Shown: positions 12,493 to 25,700, numbered from the stretch's first letter. The stretch is 64,000 nucleotides of DNA from Eutreptiella sp. 'Long Island Sound 2002' (GCA_964036045.1 OZ038378.1:5766001-5830000); one strand, 5' to 3'. Notes: a model not told the origin generated them from the sequence alone. Made by a program: numbers and translations.

Positions 12493-12854
12493 CGCGTGGT
12501 CTTGTACAAGGCAGGGTGAACCACAAAAGGTTCCCAGAGGTACGTCTTGCCACCTTTCTCAACATGCATGGCAGTCTTTGGCCCTGTGTTCGGGTGCTCG
12601 TCATGGATCTTATCCACAGTGTAGTATGGGAAGATGGGGTACTCTGCACTGACTCGGCCGCATGACAAGCCTCCATTGGAGCTGACAAACAACCAGAAAT
12701 TGGTGTCACTCACAATAGACATGAAGAAAGGCGTCATTTGGTCATAATTTGTGATCTTGAACCACGGCTCCCCATCCCTTTCGATGTATTCACCGTCAGG
12801 GGTGACAGACGTGGGCTTCATGATGGCATCAGCGATACGCAATCCCCCGCTCAT
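12493..12854 (-). CDS. GH149 beta-1,3-glucan phosphorylase, exon 1 (probable start)
   Basis: Translation ...WFKITNYDQMTPFFMSIVSDTNFWLFVSSNGGLSCGR...PYYTVDKI...YLWEPF matches the N-terminus of GH149 proteins. The ATG at 12854 lies 9 nt downstream of an AG acceptor (exon boundary 12863). GT donor after 12493, phase 2. An upstream exon cannot be excluded. Confidence 0.85.
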
Positions 12855-13019
12855 TTTGTGGACCTGCATTACAGAAGGCCACAAGAGATAAGCAGAAGCA
12901 GCACACATGGAACCAGGATGTTCAACCAACAATTAATCAAAATACTGGGGTAGTCCAGTCATCAGTTTGGTTTCTAGACAGAAAGTGGTTTCTTGTCATA
13001 GCCCTGTGGAACCATCTGT

Positions 13020-14020
13020 CAAGCCGCTGTGGTCGGGAGCTTACTGGCGGCCAAGCTAGTGCGGTCCCTCGGAAAAATTTCTTGTGCTGCGGCATGCTGC
13101 GGCATGCTGCGGCATGCTTCAGCCTGCACTTGTGGGTACCTACACTTCTGTGTCAAGTTGAACTCACATGCAAGAGACAAATCCCTGTGGAACTCCTGGT
13201 CTGCAGTGCCTTTGGCAAGCATGTTACCCAACAGGGATTTGCTTGTTGCTTGTTTCTTTGCGGGGGGTGGGCTGCACTCAGGTTCAGCTGGCTCTGACCG
13301 TGGGACGTTGACAATGATCGTGGGGTTTGGTTGTGGTGGTGCCTCCACACAAATGGGTGGGGGCTGTAGTGCAGCCTTGCGTGCATCCTTCAGGTTGACG
13401 TTCCCATTCCCCAGCAGAATTTTTCTTGTTCTTGCCCAGGACGTGGTCCTTCAAAACAGCCCCTTTTGAACTCAACCAAATTGCACAGAGGTTGCAGTAG
13501 AGCTTTCCAGGTCGACCCTCTCCTGAAGCATCTGTCTCCCGTGCAAACACAGTAGAAGCAGACAGACAAGGCAAACAGGCTGATGTGGTCCCCAATACCT
13601 TCCCCAATGGGCCACTGCAAACCATGTCCTGTGATGCCTTGGTATTTTGAGTATCCTGCAGGACTTGACATGTCAAAACAACACCAAAAAAGCGAAGATC
13701 AGTGCAACAATAGAGAGGAACTGACAGGGAGCAAAGAACCCAGGACCCTTCAATCTGGAGCTCAGTAATTTACCACTGAGCTACCATCCAGTTCTGAGAC
13801 AGCTGTGCAACAAAGGGTTCAGAGTTTCGACGTGGTATGAAAAAAAAAGTCCGCCACGTGGAAATTTTGGGTCGCTGCGGCATGCTGCGGCATGCTTCAA
13901 AACCCCCATGTGCAGCTCCAAAAAACAGGTGCTGCGGCATGCTGCGGCATGCTGCGGCTTGCTGGCGGCAGCTGGGCTGGGTATTTCTTCATTAAACTGG
14001 GGGGGCACTCCTGGTTCCAC
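13020..14020 (-). mobile_element. Deleted hAT-like (CGGBP1-type zinc finger) transposon remnant with (GCTGCGGCAT)n subterminal repeats
   Basis: The minus frames give GKLYCNLCAIWLSSKGAVLKDHVLGK (C2H2-like zinc finger) and, after a frameshift, DQEFHRDLSLACEF. Tandem GCTGCGGCAT decamers occur at about 13086-13118 and 13874-13960. Confidence 0.5.
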
Positions 14021-15839
14021 AAAAAGAAACCATGCATGGAGCAGAATAGCAGCAGGGCACAAGGAGCAGGGGTCCAGCAGGCCACACTGACGCTTTGTGT
14101 TGCCTTTGACTATTGAGGAACAAAAGATGTTGCTTGAGTGCAGCCCAACCCCAAAGCCCAGTTCAGGCGGAAACAAATGTTTACCTGAGCAATCTGCCTG
14201 AGTACCATGGCATCCAATAGTATCTTGAGGTCGTTTGCAACAGTGGCAAATTGTTGGACTTCCAAGTCACATGTATCCCACCCCACCCCCCTTGTGCAGC
14301 AACCAGCAACGTTTCACTGCTTCATCAGCATGGAGGCTCATGTGGTGGTTGGGGAGCAATCAATTCCATCATGCACTGAAATACCCGGAAACAACATGCA
14401 AAGCAATGTCCAACTTGCATGGCAGGCCTGCCTCCAGCAGTTTGAGCAACACCGAAACTGTGACCTTGCAACTGGCACAAAACCAAACATGTAAGTAAAG
14501 CTTCAATGTGAGACCACCCCTTTCGGTGCTATGCTACATTATCTCAAGGGTCTATGATAGGAAAAAGGCTGTGCATACCCTACTGAGTGCTATATCTGGG
14601 GTGCAGATGCAGGCCCTCCTTTGGCCATACCCCACAAATAATACTTTACCCTATCAATACTGTGGCCAAAACCACACTGTACACCTAATTTCCTGAGCAG
14701 TGTGCGCAGATGCACCCACAGCACACCCGCCATCTAATCCTACACAATACAAACAATACAACAGCCAGCACAGGCTCCTTTGTGGAACGGACATAGCGCA
14801 CAACAGCGCCTTGAGGGAACATTTTCAGAGGTCTGAGGAGTGCAAGGGGTCAGAACAAAGGAGGTGACCATAATCTCAGACAACGAGGTGTCACGGTGGC
14901 ACAATCTTGTGCAATATGGCAGCAACACGTTTTTTTTTGAACTAGGCAGTGACGGTCCCCCCCCCCCAGGGGGGGGGGGGAAGGGCTGGACATGGGGGGC
15001 GAGGGTACCTCTGAAGCCCACAACACCCATTGTTCTGTAGAATTATGTTGGAGTCCGTAGAGCCCCCCCCCCCCCCCCCAACCTCCAACCCCCCTTGGGG
15101 TTGGGTCCTGGCTGGCAACCACGCCCGTGCTACCCAACCCTTGCCGTCTTGGGAGTGCCCAAAGAAGGGACGATGCAAAATTCATACATGGCCCATACCA
15201 TTACTGCAGATGGGCAACAAGTGCACCAGTTCTGGGGGGAAGAGGCCCCAAAAGGTAAAAATAGTACCTAAGATAGGGGAGGGAAAGCGTATGGGGGTAT
15301 ACATTACATAAAAAAGAGCATGTGTGTATGTACCACTATATTGCCTCCGTTCCAAGATAATTCCCGCCGCAGGGTGCGCCGCAGGTGCCGCAGGATAAGC
15401 ATCCTACGAGAAAACGACAGGCAAGAAGATACCCGGAGAACAGCTTGTTGATCTGTGGATGTGTGGTAAGTACATGGATAAATGGCGGTGATGGCCACCG
15501 TTTGCATGTTTACACAAGCAGTGTGTTTTGGTTACTAAATGGAGACCTCTTTTCCTCATTTCTTCTACAGTGCATTGTGCCACCCACCTGCCCCTACATT
15601 GCTAAAGATTTTCACCGCCATAGTGATCAACTCTTGGGAGCCTTGCATCCCAACAAATCCATTCTTGCATTGTATGATCATTTTTTGCAGCTTTTGCAGC
15701 CTGCTAGTGAGTCCCAAATTCCATATTCCTGGCACAGACCTTGCTCAGAGGCATTATTCACTGCACAATGACGAGTGGTTCTGCCTAGGAGAGGCTGTCT
15801 TCACGCACTACTCAGGGAGTGCACATTTTAGCCTGTAAT

Positions 15840-16170
15840 TTCATGCTCATCTTTTGCTCTTTTGAAATGTCTTCAGATGGTGGTCACGGGGATGGACAAG
15901 GGTGCACACAGGTAGGGATGCAGATTCTGTATTTGTTTGGAGTTCCATGGTGGTCATGTCCAAGTTTCCGCAGTAATGTAGCCCTTCGCCACAAGGAAGG
16001 CGTGTTGTCCATCATTTGCGCAGTGGCAGGTTCAGACGCCATCAAGTGGTTTAGATCATCTTCACATGATGTAGTGTGTCCTGCAACACATGTTCTAAAA
16101 GTGCTCAGCAAAATGCAATGTGACATTAAGCGGTATTCTTTGCCATTCTTTGTTGTTGTGCCTTGTTTTT
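15840..16170 (-). pseudogene. Possible Tc1/mariner/pogo DDE transposase remnant
   Basis: QMMDNTPSLWRRATLLRKLGH resembles the DNAPxH motif region. A mariner/Stowaway-like terminus cctccgttccaagataatt lies at about 15345. Confidence 0.3.
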
Positions 16171-16241
16171 GAGCATTTGCTGAGGATTGTGGACGATTCG
16201 TTTGGTGGGGTGCCCCTAGGAGCTACATTTCTGCCCCCTTG

Positions 16242-16706
16242 GTGACATTCTGTCTGGTTGTTGTTTCTTTAAGGGGCCCCGGACGGTCACCTGTTCTTCC
16301 CTTCGCATGTTGTGTTGGGTTGCTGCTTTTTGTCAGCCGCTGTGGCCAGTGCTCCCGCTGGTGTTGTTTCCGCGTTCGCGGAGCCCAGTAGTTGGTATTT
16401 GCTATCCCCACACCTTCGTCCTCAAGCCGTCCACAACGTGCCTCGCTGCGTTTTTGCGTGCACGAGGCCTAGGTGCCGTGCTTCTCCATGCGTTGTCCCG
16501 GTCGTCCACCATGTACCCTCCCCCACTCCGTGGGTCATGCGTGTGTAGGGCGTGTTCCTTGTTGGTTGCGGATATCGCGTGCATCAGGGCCCTAGTGGTG
16601 GCCCACGAGGTGCAAGGTCCCTTGAGTGTGGACAAACATAGGCGGCGCGCTGCAGGGGCCCCAAGGTTGGCTTTCCGAGTGCCGGATCCCATTGTAACCC
16701 CCCCCC
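16242..16706 (-). mobile_element. Dispersed repeat, probable 5'-truncated retroelement 3' end (copy 1)
   Basis: About 155 bp (gtgacattc(t/c)gtctggttgttg...ggagcccagtagttggt) is shared with 17634-17790 and in part with 56591-56708. All three copies start at the same point next to a C-run. Confidence 0.65.
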
Positions 16707-17633
16707 CCCCCCGGCTGGGGATGGCGGTTCCCTCGCACCCCCGAGGGAACCTGCCCCAAGTGACGCTTCCCTCGCCCCCCCCGATTAGTAGACAAGAGAC
16801 GCACCACACAAAACAAGAGCGAACACGAGGGCATGTGAACCACAAACTGACTAGGAAACTGCAGGGATGCATGTCAGGTCTACTAAGCAACACGAGCAAC
16901 AGGCTCAGTGTGCCGCTTTTTCTGAAGTGAGTATTTCACCTTCAAGAGCAATTTTTGAGCCGCTGTATGGTGCCACCGGAGTGGCTTGGCCAACCTCAAG
17001 GGTTTACAACGCCACTTGGCAGGCTTTTTCAAGTACTGCACAACAAGCGAATCGTCAGCCATATGTGATGGACCGGTTGTCGCACCACGCTCCAAGGGGG
17101 CCAGAATCTTGGCAGACACAACACTGCGGTTTGAATGTTGGAAATTGACAACAACACTAGGAGAGTAAATCTCAATATCATCGACATTCATGGCTACAAT
17201 TGCGAAAAACTAAGTGTTCAGGGATACAAGAACAGTGCACTGCCTTCCATGCAAGAAATTTGAAGTACACAGCAGTGCACCAACAACAGTACCTTGTCCA
17301 GCCAACAAACACACAGGAGAACCTCAATCTCCTTCTAAGAAAATTTGGAAAAGGGAAGGTGATGGTGTCCTCGCCCCCCCCCCCCCCGCTTACTCGACAA
17401 GGGCGCTTACTAGAGGGGGGGGTGGGGGGCTAGCTCAAACAGCCACACTGGACATCATGGGGTTGTTGCGTGGCTTGGATCTTTGCCTCAACTGGGTGTT
17501 TGGACTCCTGGCATACCCTCATTCAAGCACGGTGCACCTCGCGCACACTGCGCCTGCTACTCCCCAAGAGGTTGGCAGCGCAAGTTTGGAGTTTGGAGTC
17601 CTCTGGGCGCCTCAGCAGAACCCCCCCCCCCCC

Positions 17634-18030
17634 GTGTGACATTCCGTCTGGTTGTTGTTCCTTTACGGGGCCCTGGACAGTCACCCGTTCTTCCCTTCGC
17701 ATGTTGCATCGGGTTGCAGCTTTCTGTCGTCCGCTGCGGCCGGTGCTCTTGCTGGTGTCATTTCCGCGTTCACGGAGCCCAGTAGTTGGTGTGTTGGGGC
17801 TGTGCTGAATGTGGCATGGTGCGCCGTTTGACCGTCAGCGGCGCCCAATAGTTGGCGTATTGAGGATGTACTAGTTGTTGCCGGGGTCGTTTGACTGTTT
17901 TTGCTGTCCACGCGCCTCTGCCCACAGGCTGTCTATAGCCTGCCTTGCTGTGTTTCAGTGTGCGTGAGGCCCAGCTGCCCTGTTCCTCCACACTTGTCCC
18001 GGCCGTCCACCAAATGTCCTTTTACCCCTC
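17634..18030 (-). mobile_element. Dispersed repeat, probable retroelement 3' end (copy 2)
   Basis: Homologous to 16242-16397. A further shared block, ttgtcccgg(t/c)cgtccacca, lies near 18000. Confidence 0.65.
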
Positions 18031-19516
18031 ACAGCTGGTCTGCCCTTGATGGGCTCCCGCTCCTGCTGCGCAAATAGCCCATCTGGGCTGCGGGAGACAC
18101 CCCCCACCTGATGCCAGTTGAGCAGGGGTTGCCCTAGCTTGGAGTTGGGTGGTGGTGGTGGTCTGAGAACAAAAGTCTAAATACCAAAAGGAGCCCAGAT
18201 TTTTTCATGGGCAAAATTTTGATTGTTATTTTTCCCCTAGGGATTTTTCTTCCCACTGCTCCCAGGCTGAATGGTAGAGGTGCTGATGGTTAGCTGGTGT
18301 ATTTTGCTTGTTCTCCCACCGTCCTCCATCTCACTGGTCACAATTCCATTGGGTGTTGGAGGTTCAGGCAATTTGCAGGATGACTGCACCGGTGTGTGGC
18401 TACACGAGCCAAGAGGGAGTGCAGGCTAATTGATGTCCACTTATTGGCAACTTCACCCACATTGCCCAACGCTTCATCAGTACCTAGAAAGATCAGATTC
18501 CTTGTCCCATGCCAATACATTTTTCTAAACACGCATGTCCTTCATTCTCCACTGCAAAGCACCCTTTGCATCAAGAATCAATTAAGTGACGAGCGAGCAA
18601 TCCTGGCGTGAAGCCATCGTCTGGTTTGGTGACAGGCACCACCTTTGAGATGTTCAAAATTTCCTTCATGAAAAAGCAAGCAGGACTTTGGGACATACGA
18701 AGAGCAAAGTTGCCACCCCCACCTCACCACAAAGGTGGAGGGCTCGGGGGGAGAGAAAGAATCCCCCCCCCCCAAATTCGACACACATGGTTTACTGATT
18801 TGGGTATCACATCCGGTCCTTGCAGGATATGTGGCTCAGACAAGAAAGGGGGGGTGGCTCAGGGTGTGGGGGGCAGGGATTAAGGGTGTGGGTGCAGGAG
18901 GGTGCAGGAGTACGGGTTTAGGCTTCACGCCAAGCAATCAAAGATAACAAGTTAGGGTGGTGGCCAACAGCAGATGAGCAGGGTCCACTAAAGTTCTGTG
19001 TCGCACCCGACAAAGGCTGAGTCAGGTCCACCAAAGGGAAGGACTGAATATTATAAAGCTTGGCTGAGAGGTTGGGTGTACATAAGCACCTTGCTCTCCA
19101 ATACAGGACCACCAAAAATTCGGCCCAAACCAAAATTATATTGATGATCACAGATGATCAGAAATAGGAAGGGTTGCCTCCCATCCCGCGGGTGCAACGA
19201 AGGGCCTGTCGTTCTCATGAAATCCACAGGGCGATTTTTTTGCAATGTCAAAAATGGGGCCACTCGCTCGCTTTGGCCATAATTTGACCGTGCAAAAGTA
19301 GCCTTGAGGGTTACAGACTGCTGCGACCCCTCCACCATAGAGCAGGTGTGCAGAGGAGGAAGGGGGGATAGAAAGGCACCTGCCAAAAGTAATATGAAAC
19401 AGCAATCGGAAAGAAGCATTCCAGAGAGGACAACAGCACATTCAAAAAACAGCCAACAAAGCCGGCTGTATGCTGCTGGACATGGAACACAACCCCAGAC
19501 ACCTACGAGGTGAAAT

Positions 19517-19712
19517 ACTCAGTAAAAATTTTTTGCTACTTGGAAGTTTCCGAAGTTTCAAAACTTAGCCCAAATCTTTCAAAAAACTTTTTTACTAAAA
19601 TACTTCAAGTTTGGGTTAGATTGTTACTAAGTTTCAGAACTTAGTAAAACTAGTACTTAGTAAAGGGTTCAGCACTTAGTACAAAAATTTTAGAAAAATT
19701 TCTTTACTAAGT
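19517..19712. mobile_element. AT-rich MITE-like foldback element
   Basis: Imperfect terminal inverted repeats (actcagtaaaaatttttt and aaaaatttctttactaagt), with several internal ACTTAGTA/TACTAAGT motifs in both orientations. Confidence 0.55.
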
Positions 19713-22700
19713 CTGCCACCGGACCAATGTGTGCATGTACTTCAAGGTTGGGTTAGCATGACAGTCCTTGTTGTTTTTGTTGGTGTTGTATCCAACCTAA
19801 CTTTCCCTTCACTGCCAGCCAACTTGCTGAGACACTGAAATACAGGCACAGGTAACACCAGCGAGGCACAATACCCCACTGCACAATGCATATTGCGTGC
19901 TACCATATCTCCATTTTCCTGTCACCCATCCAAAGGTTGACTGCAGAACCCAGCACAAAATGTCAACAAACAGGGGCCTGGTGATGCAAAACTCGGTGCC
20001 AAGAAAATGGCTTGGACATGGTTGAAAAGGCATGCACGGATCCCATGCATTGGGCACTTTGCATGAATGCCTCAGAAAAGTCACAACATTATGGTAGCCC
20101 TGTCAACAGGCCCCATTGCACGAGTGCGGCACCCATTTAATTGCACCCCCAAATTGATGGAGGACATCTCAGAAATCAGCTGTGCAGCAGCTCATTATTT
20201 TACAAACAGAAGACGCGCATTGTTGAAACACACCTCTGCATGCCTCAATCATGCACAATTTGCATAACCACAAATAACTAAAGGGGTCTGACCACAAAAA
20301 ATCCCTGCCAGAAGTCCAAATGATTCATGTCCAGCTGTGCAAAAATGTCATTGAAGAAATACCTGGAGGTTCCTGTACAGTGAATTTATGCCTGTGAATG
20401 TTGTGATGGAAAAACTACGTCCCAATCTTAAACCGCCTGTGATATTTACATCTACTTCTGGAGGAGCTGCTTAGATTGGGACAACAGACACAAATTGTGT
20501 ATATAGCGGGGTGGTTGGCTGTGTTTGTAGTGGTGCATGCATTGAATGTTAGCTGGATCAGAAATCTTGGATCAGAAATTCTCTGAAAGATTTTTCCTTG
20601 TCAGAGTTGGAATTAATCCTAAAACCGCATCACACTCCACATCACAATTTTCGCCCCTTGGGAAAGGCTGAAAAAGATTCAGACAAAGAAATTCCCACTA
20701 CCTACTGCTGTGTGCTGCTGCAACACGAGACCATCCTCATGACTGGGTGCAACTGTTGCTTTGCCTGCAAAGATTCACTGTCCAGAGTGGTGGGATTTAC
20801 ATTGAGCATAGGGGACCTCTCAGGGTGCTTACCACTGCTGGTGAGGAAGAGGCCAAAAACACTGTGGAGGTGGGTGTGGCAGGAGAGGCTCCACTGCGGT
20901 CCTCTTTGCTTGAACTGCTCCTTGCAGTTTGCTGAGAGAATTGAGCAGAGGACTCTGTGCACCTGTAAGACAAAGAATGATGACTGGGCTCCAAAAAACA
21001 TGGCCCTAGATATTCTGCATGAAATCATTCTCGGAGCATCCCCACCTCCTTACCTGCCCACATGCAGCCCTAGAGAATGGCACCTTGTGCCACACATAGT
21101 GTAAGGTGCTGCACGTCGCAACATGCAGACAGTGCACGCAGCTACCAGTGTCTACCATGCGCAACACCTGATTGTTCCCCGTAGCCCCCCAAAGTTCCAA
21201 GACGCGAGGGATGAGCTGTTTGAGTGCAGTAAAACTGTCAGTTGGTACTTCCAGTGTGATCGCCGACTTGACACACTTAGTTGTGTTCATGGAGGCCTTT
21301 GTACAGAAAGCAGCTTATTCTACCTTGGGGAACATGTTGCTGACACACACACACCATAAAACCCCCCCAAATCCCACAAAACAGCCCACGTAAACAACTG
21401 TGGACACTCTTCTTCCACACCTAAGGAAAGTGGCTATAGACGCAAATGGACAAAACACACTTAACCTTTTTTCGCCCTCAACAATCACCCAAGCAATAGT
21501 GAACACCCACTTCTACTACCCTTAGGAAGGAGGTGAATGGGGACTATTTGTCAGCAGCATGTCTACCACCACTTTCCAAAGGGTGGAGGAACAGTGCCTG
21601 TGCTTGCTTGTGTGAGGGTTGAGGGATGTAAACGGCAACATGCAAATGAGAGCACCATGTGAGCTACGAGACTACAAGGCAATTGAGCAAAAAAGCACTG
21701 GATCTAATGGGGTTTTCACCTGGATCCAATAGGGTTTTTCACCTGTGTGTTTGGCTTTGCATAGACGGAAGGTGCTATGTGCAATGTTCTCTTTCTGAAC
21801 CTGGGCGGCTACAGCCTTGTCCAAGCTGCAGTAGGCTCAGGGACCATGTTAATTTGGGATGTTGTATAAAGGGGGGGGGGGGTTTACAAAGCCATGACAC
21901 TGAAAGAGGGTGAGCAGCTTCCTCGTGCTCCCGTGCACAGACAAACGCCACCTGTGGGCCTCAGCCACATGGTTTTTTGTGGTTTCGCAGCCTGACAAGA
22001 GATCTAGCGCGGTGAGCTGGTACAAGAAAGCGGAATATAATGCACAAATATCCCCAAAATTAGAGCTATGTGGGTTCAGGTGGGCAAACACTCGCAAAAA
22101 AGTGTCCATGACTCTATGTAACTGGTAAAAATGTCACCAAACCCATGTCTTATGTGGCTGCCCTACATTTGGTGACGAATCAAACTAGGTCCGGAATTAA
22201 TACAGTCCCTACGCCCGTTGTAGCTTGGACAAGGCCGTAGCTTGTAAAGGGGGGGGGACCAAGCACATCTGTCCCCATGAGAGATGTGAAATTAATTGCG
22301 AATTTGCCGAATTGCCGTATTCTAATATGGCTGCCGCTCGCAAATGTACTCCAACCATACGACAAGCACGTACGTTGCAATAATTTTCTGCCCTTTCCCC
22401 AAAGCCCAAAAAAAAGGGTTTCTTGGCGTTGTTAGTGCCCCCAAATCGATTGTCCCCGACTGTCACCAATTGGTATTGATGTGAGTTGGGGTCCAGGGGG
22501 GGAAGGGGGGAGATGGGGTTGGAGTCTGGCCCAACATGTAACACCCCCTGGCCCGCTGCGGTGCTTTGTGGAGGCGGGGAGCTAGGTTGCCATGCACACT
22601 GTGTTGCCCGGTTTTGTAGGGATAGCTCATGTGGGGGAACATGTAATATACAGAAAATGCATTTATGCATGTTATGCAGAACTTTGCTTAGCAACGGGGG

Positions 22701-25700
22701 GGGGGGGCGGGGGGGGTCCCTCTGGGCCTGCCTCAGGACCAGCTAGCCCACCCACCCACCCAGACCCCCCCCTACCCCCCCCAATAGGGGGGGGGGGGTT
22801 GTCTGTGCTGTTACAATCAGCTGGTAAAACAAAAACCCTGTGTATTTGCCCCAAAAAAATTTTGTCCTTCGGTCACTATGGGATCTTTGAACGAGTATAT
22901 CGCAGAACCGGCAGTTACCCTAGTGGTAGATCACTGCGCTGACAGCCTGCTGAAGCGTTGGTTCCAACCCCACTGCTTGCGGACCGGAAAATTTTGCCAC
23001 TTTTTACTATCATTCTCTCAGTGAAAATTGTGTTCTCATACACACCCACCCACCCCGACCCTACCCTCCCCCCCAGGGGGGGGGGGGGTAGGCACTTTGG
23101 GCCAAATTGCCCCAAACCAAACTAACCCACCCACCCACAGGCCACAGACCCACCCCCCTGTGGGGTGGGACTACCCTCAAGCAAAGGTCTGATGTTATGC
23201 ACACTTGAGAGGGGGTAAGGTGTATGCATGCCACATGCACTGAAGCCCCACAGGGCCACTGCACTGCACTCGTGACCCATACCAACCCCTAAGGACAACA
23301 GCATGTGCAACGCCCAGCAGCGAGCAACCCATAGTGAGGCCGACAACAAAAAGAAATCAACAAAACAAACCCCAACCGCCAACCTTGCCACCAAAATCCA
23401 CAACAACATCTCTATCTGGAGGAGCAATGCTAAAGCATCAACATGGGGGCAGGATTAGGGTCCATCCCAAGTCCTATTCTCCCTGGTGACGGTGATGTGC
23501 ATGTCATCGGTGGGGAGTTGGGCTTGAGTGGTATGGGGCATTGCCCTGGGCTCAGGCCTGGGGTCTGTTGGTAGGCCTCTTGTGACAGGTTCCATCTCCC
23601 CATGTGGGGCTGCACATTGGCTTTTGCTTGCCACCTTGGCCTTCCTTAAAGTGGCGCTGACTGAGCCTGGCACGGTCATTAACCTCTCCCAGCAAGAGGG
23701 TGTTACTTTTTGACTGACATCCTTAAGCTGTAGCTCCACTCACAAAAGCCACCACACCACCAACCACCAAACGCCCAGTCCAGTGCTGGGTTGAGGCCCC
23801 CTCCACTGTGGTGAGGCTCATGCCTAAGGTTGTCTGCTGTGCCCTGGGAACTTTGTGGTTTGTTAAATTGGTTGAACCCTCTGTCAGTTGCCTACATTGT
23901 TGAGGTCAAATCTGTGGATGTGTCCGTGGGGGAGTGTGTGTGTGATTGTGTGTCTGTAGTGGGGTTGCCACAAAGGCTGATTAGGGGGGGGGGCATGCTA
24001 AATACAAGGTTATCTGACTTGCCAAATCGGAGGGAAAATGGGGAGGAAAATGGGGGGGGGGGGGAATGGGGGGGAAAGGGAAGAGGGGTTTGCTGAAATT
24101 GCGTTGGGTGCAGGGGCAGCAGATGGTTGTGACAGTTACCGTGGTTTTTCCATTGAGGGCAGGTATGGTGAAACAGGAGCATATGCAGGTTGGCGAGATA
24201 CAGCACCGGTTGCTGCCAATACAGTGAAGGATACCACCCAACTCTCCCACCACATCAACACCAATATCCCCATCCATTCTTGGAGGTACCCTTGGTCACC
24301 TTGCAAAAGCTTAGCCCGTGATCCAACGCTTGGGGTCAGGCTAATTGGCAGCGAGAATAGAAATTTTGACCTACCAAACATGATGCTCAAAAAACGCAGC
24401 TGCTAAAGTGACAAAAGATCAGGAGACAACAAGCAACTAGGAAAAAGAACAAAGAACATTCCCTGTTTTCCCTGTTCCCCTGTTTTCCCACACCAATTGC
24501 TTCCCTCTTCCCATTCCCCCGTTTTCCAATGCCAAAACATTTTCGCTTGGCTTAGGTTTCAAGTTGAAGAAAGGGCTACACTCCATGAAAATACCCCACA
24601 AGGGGAAATGCAGCATGGGATGCCCACACCCAGCTCAATCCACTTCACCGTTGGCTTGCATTAAACTGACTCCTCTTCAAATGCATCTTTGCATAAGAGC
24701 AGCTGCTGCCACCTGCTGGTAGTGGTGGTGGGGGGTCATCAAACAACGTATTCAGATGGGGAATGTGTATATCGGATCCAGTGCCAACGCACCCACGCAC
24801 AGCTACCATCCGAGCGTGAAAGTCACAGCAAAGGACAGGCCAATCGCACAGGGGGACTGACCAGGCATCCAAGCACAGAAACGGAAACACACTGGGCATA
24901 CCTTTGTGGCTCATTGCTGGTACTACTTTGAATGCTATATTTTGCCCTTGTGTTGGGTTGCTGTGTCATCTTTGCAACCACGAAATTATGCATAGGGATG
25001 ATGGCATTCCACAAACCTGGGAACACAAGGATGAAAATCTGGAAACACAACAGAAACGAGAATCCGCCCCCCCCCCCCCCCCCCAAATCTGGTTCAGCCT
25101 CTGCCACACAGCAGAACAGCCAAGGATTTCATTTTGGCTTGGGCCATGATGTCAGCATGATCCTGACCTCACCTAACAGACTCACCTAACATAACCAGCA
25201 TGATCCTGACCTCATGCTAGACTCACTCAGTTCGATGTTCGCAGATTGTTTTGCCTTGCTGCCACTGCACCGCAAACCAGACCAGCGCCGAGTGCTGCAT
25301 TGAGTTCACCACACAAGGTGGCTCAAATGGGTCATGGACTGTCTGGGTCAGCTGGTCCCCCTCCCACGGCACCAGTGAGTCATAAACCTTGCACACTGGG
25401 GATAGAGCTCAAGGATAGGGTAGGATGTATGTCTTAGGCCACCCTCCATTCCCATCCAGCATCCATCAGACAAACCAAAATGAATCCCCGGTGTCCCAAT
25501 CATGGGTCGCAAAAGCACCAGTTTGGGCCGTTTGGTGCGTCCCGATCAGCCCCACGGCTTGGATGGCCACATAGCAGAACAGCCAAGGATTCGATTTTTT
25601 TGGCTGGGGGGGGGGGGGGGTTCTAGACGCAAGCCGAGGGGCTTAACACCACGGGGTGTGCGGTCCTTTTCCACAGGGAGCTGGGCGTCCCCATGGTGAG

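Noticed and set aside
16950-17240. P-loop GTPase-like fragments (YGATGV; NLNIIDIHGY)
   Set aside because: The motifs are in different frames, incomplete (no GKS/T) and interrupted by stops. The evidence is too weak to call.
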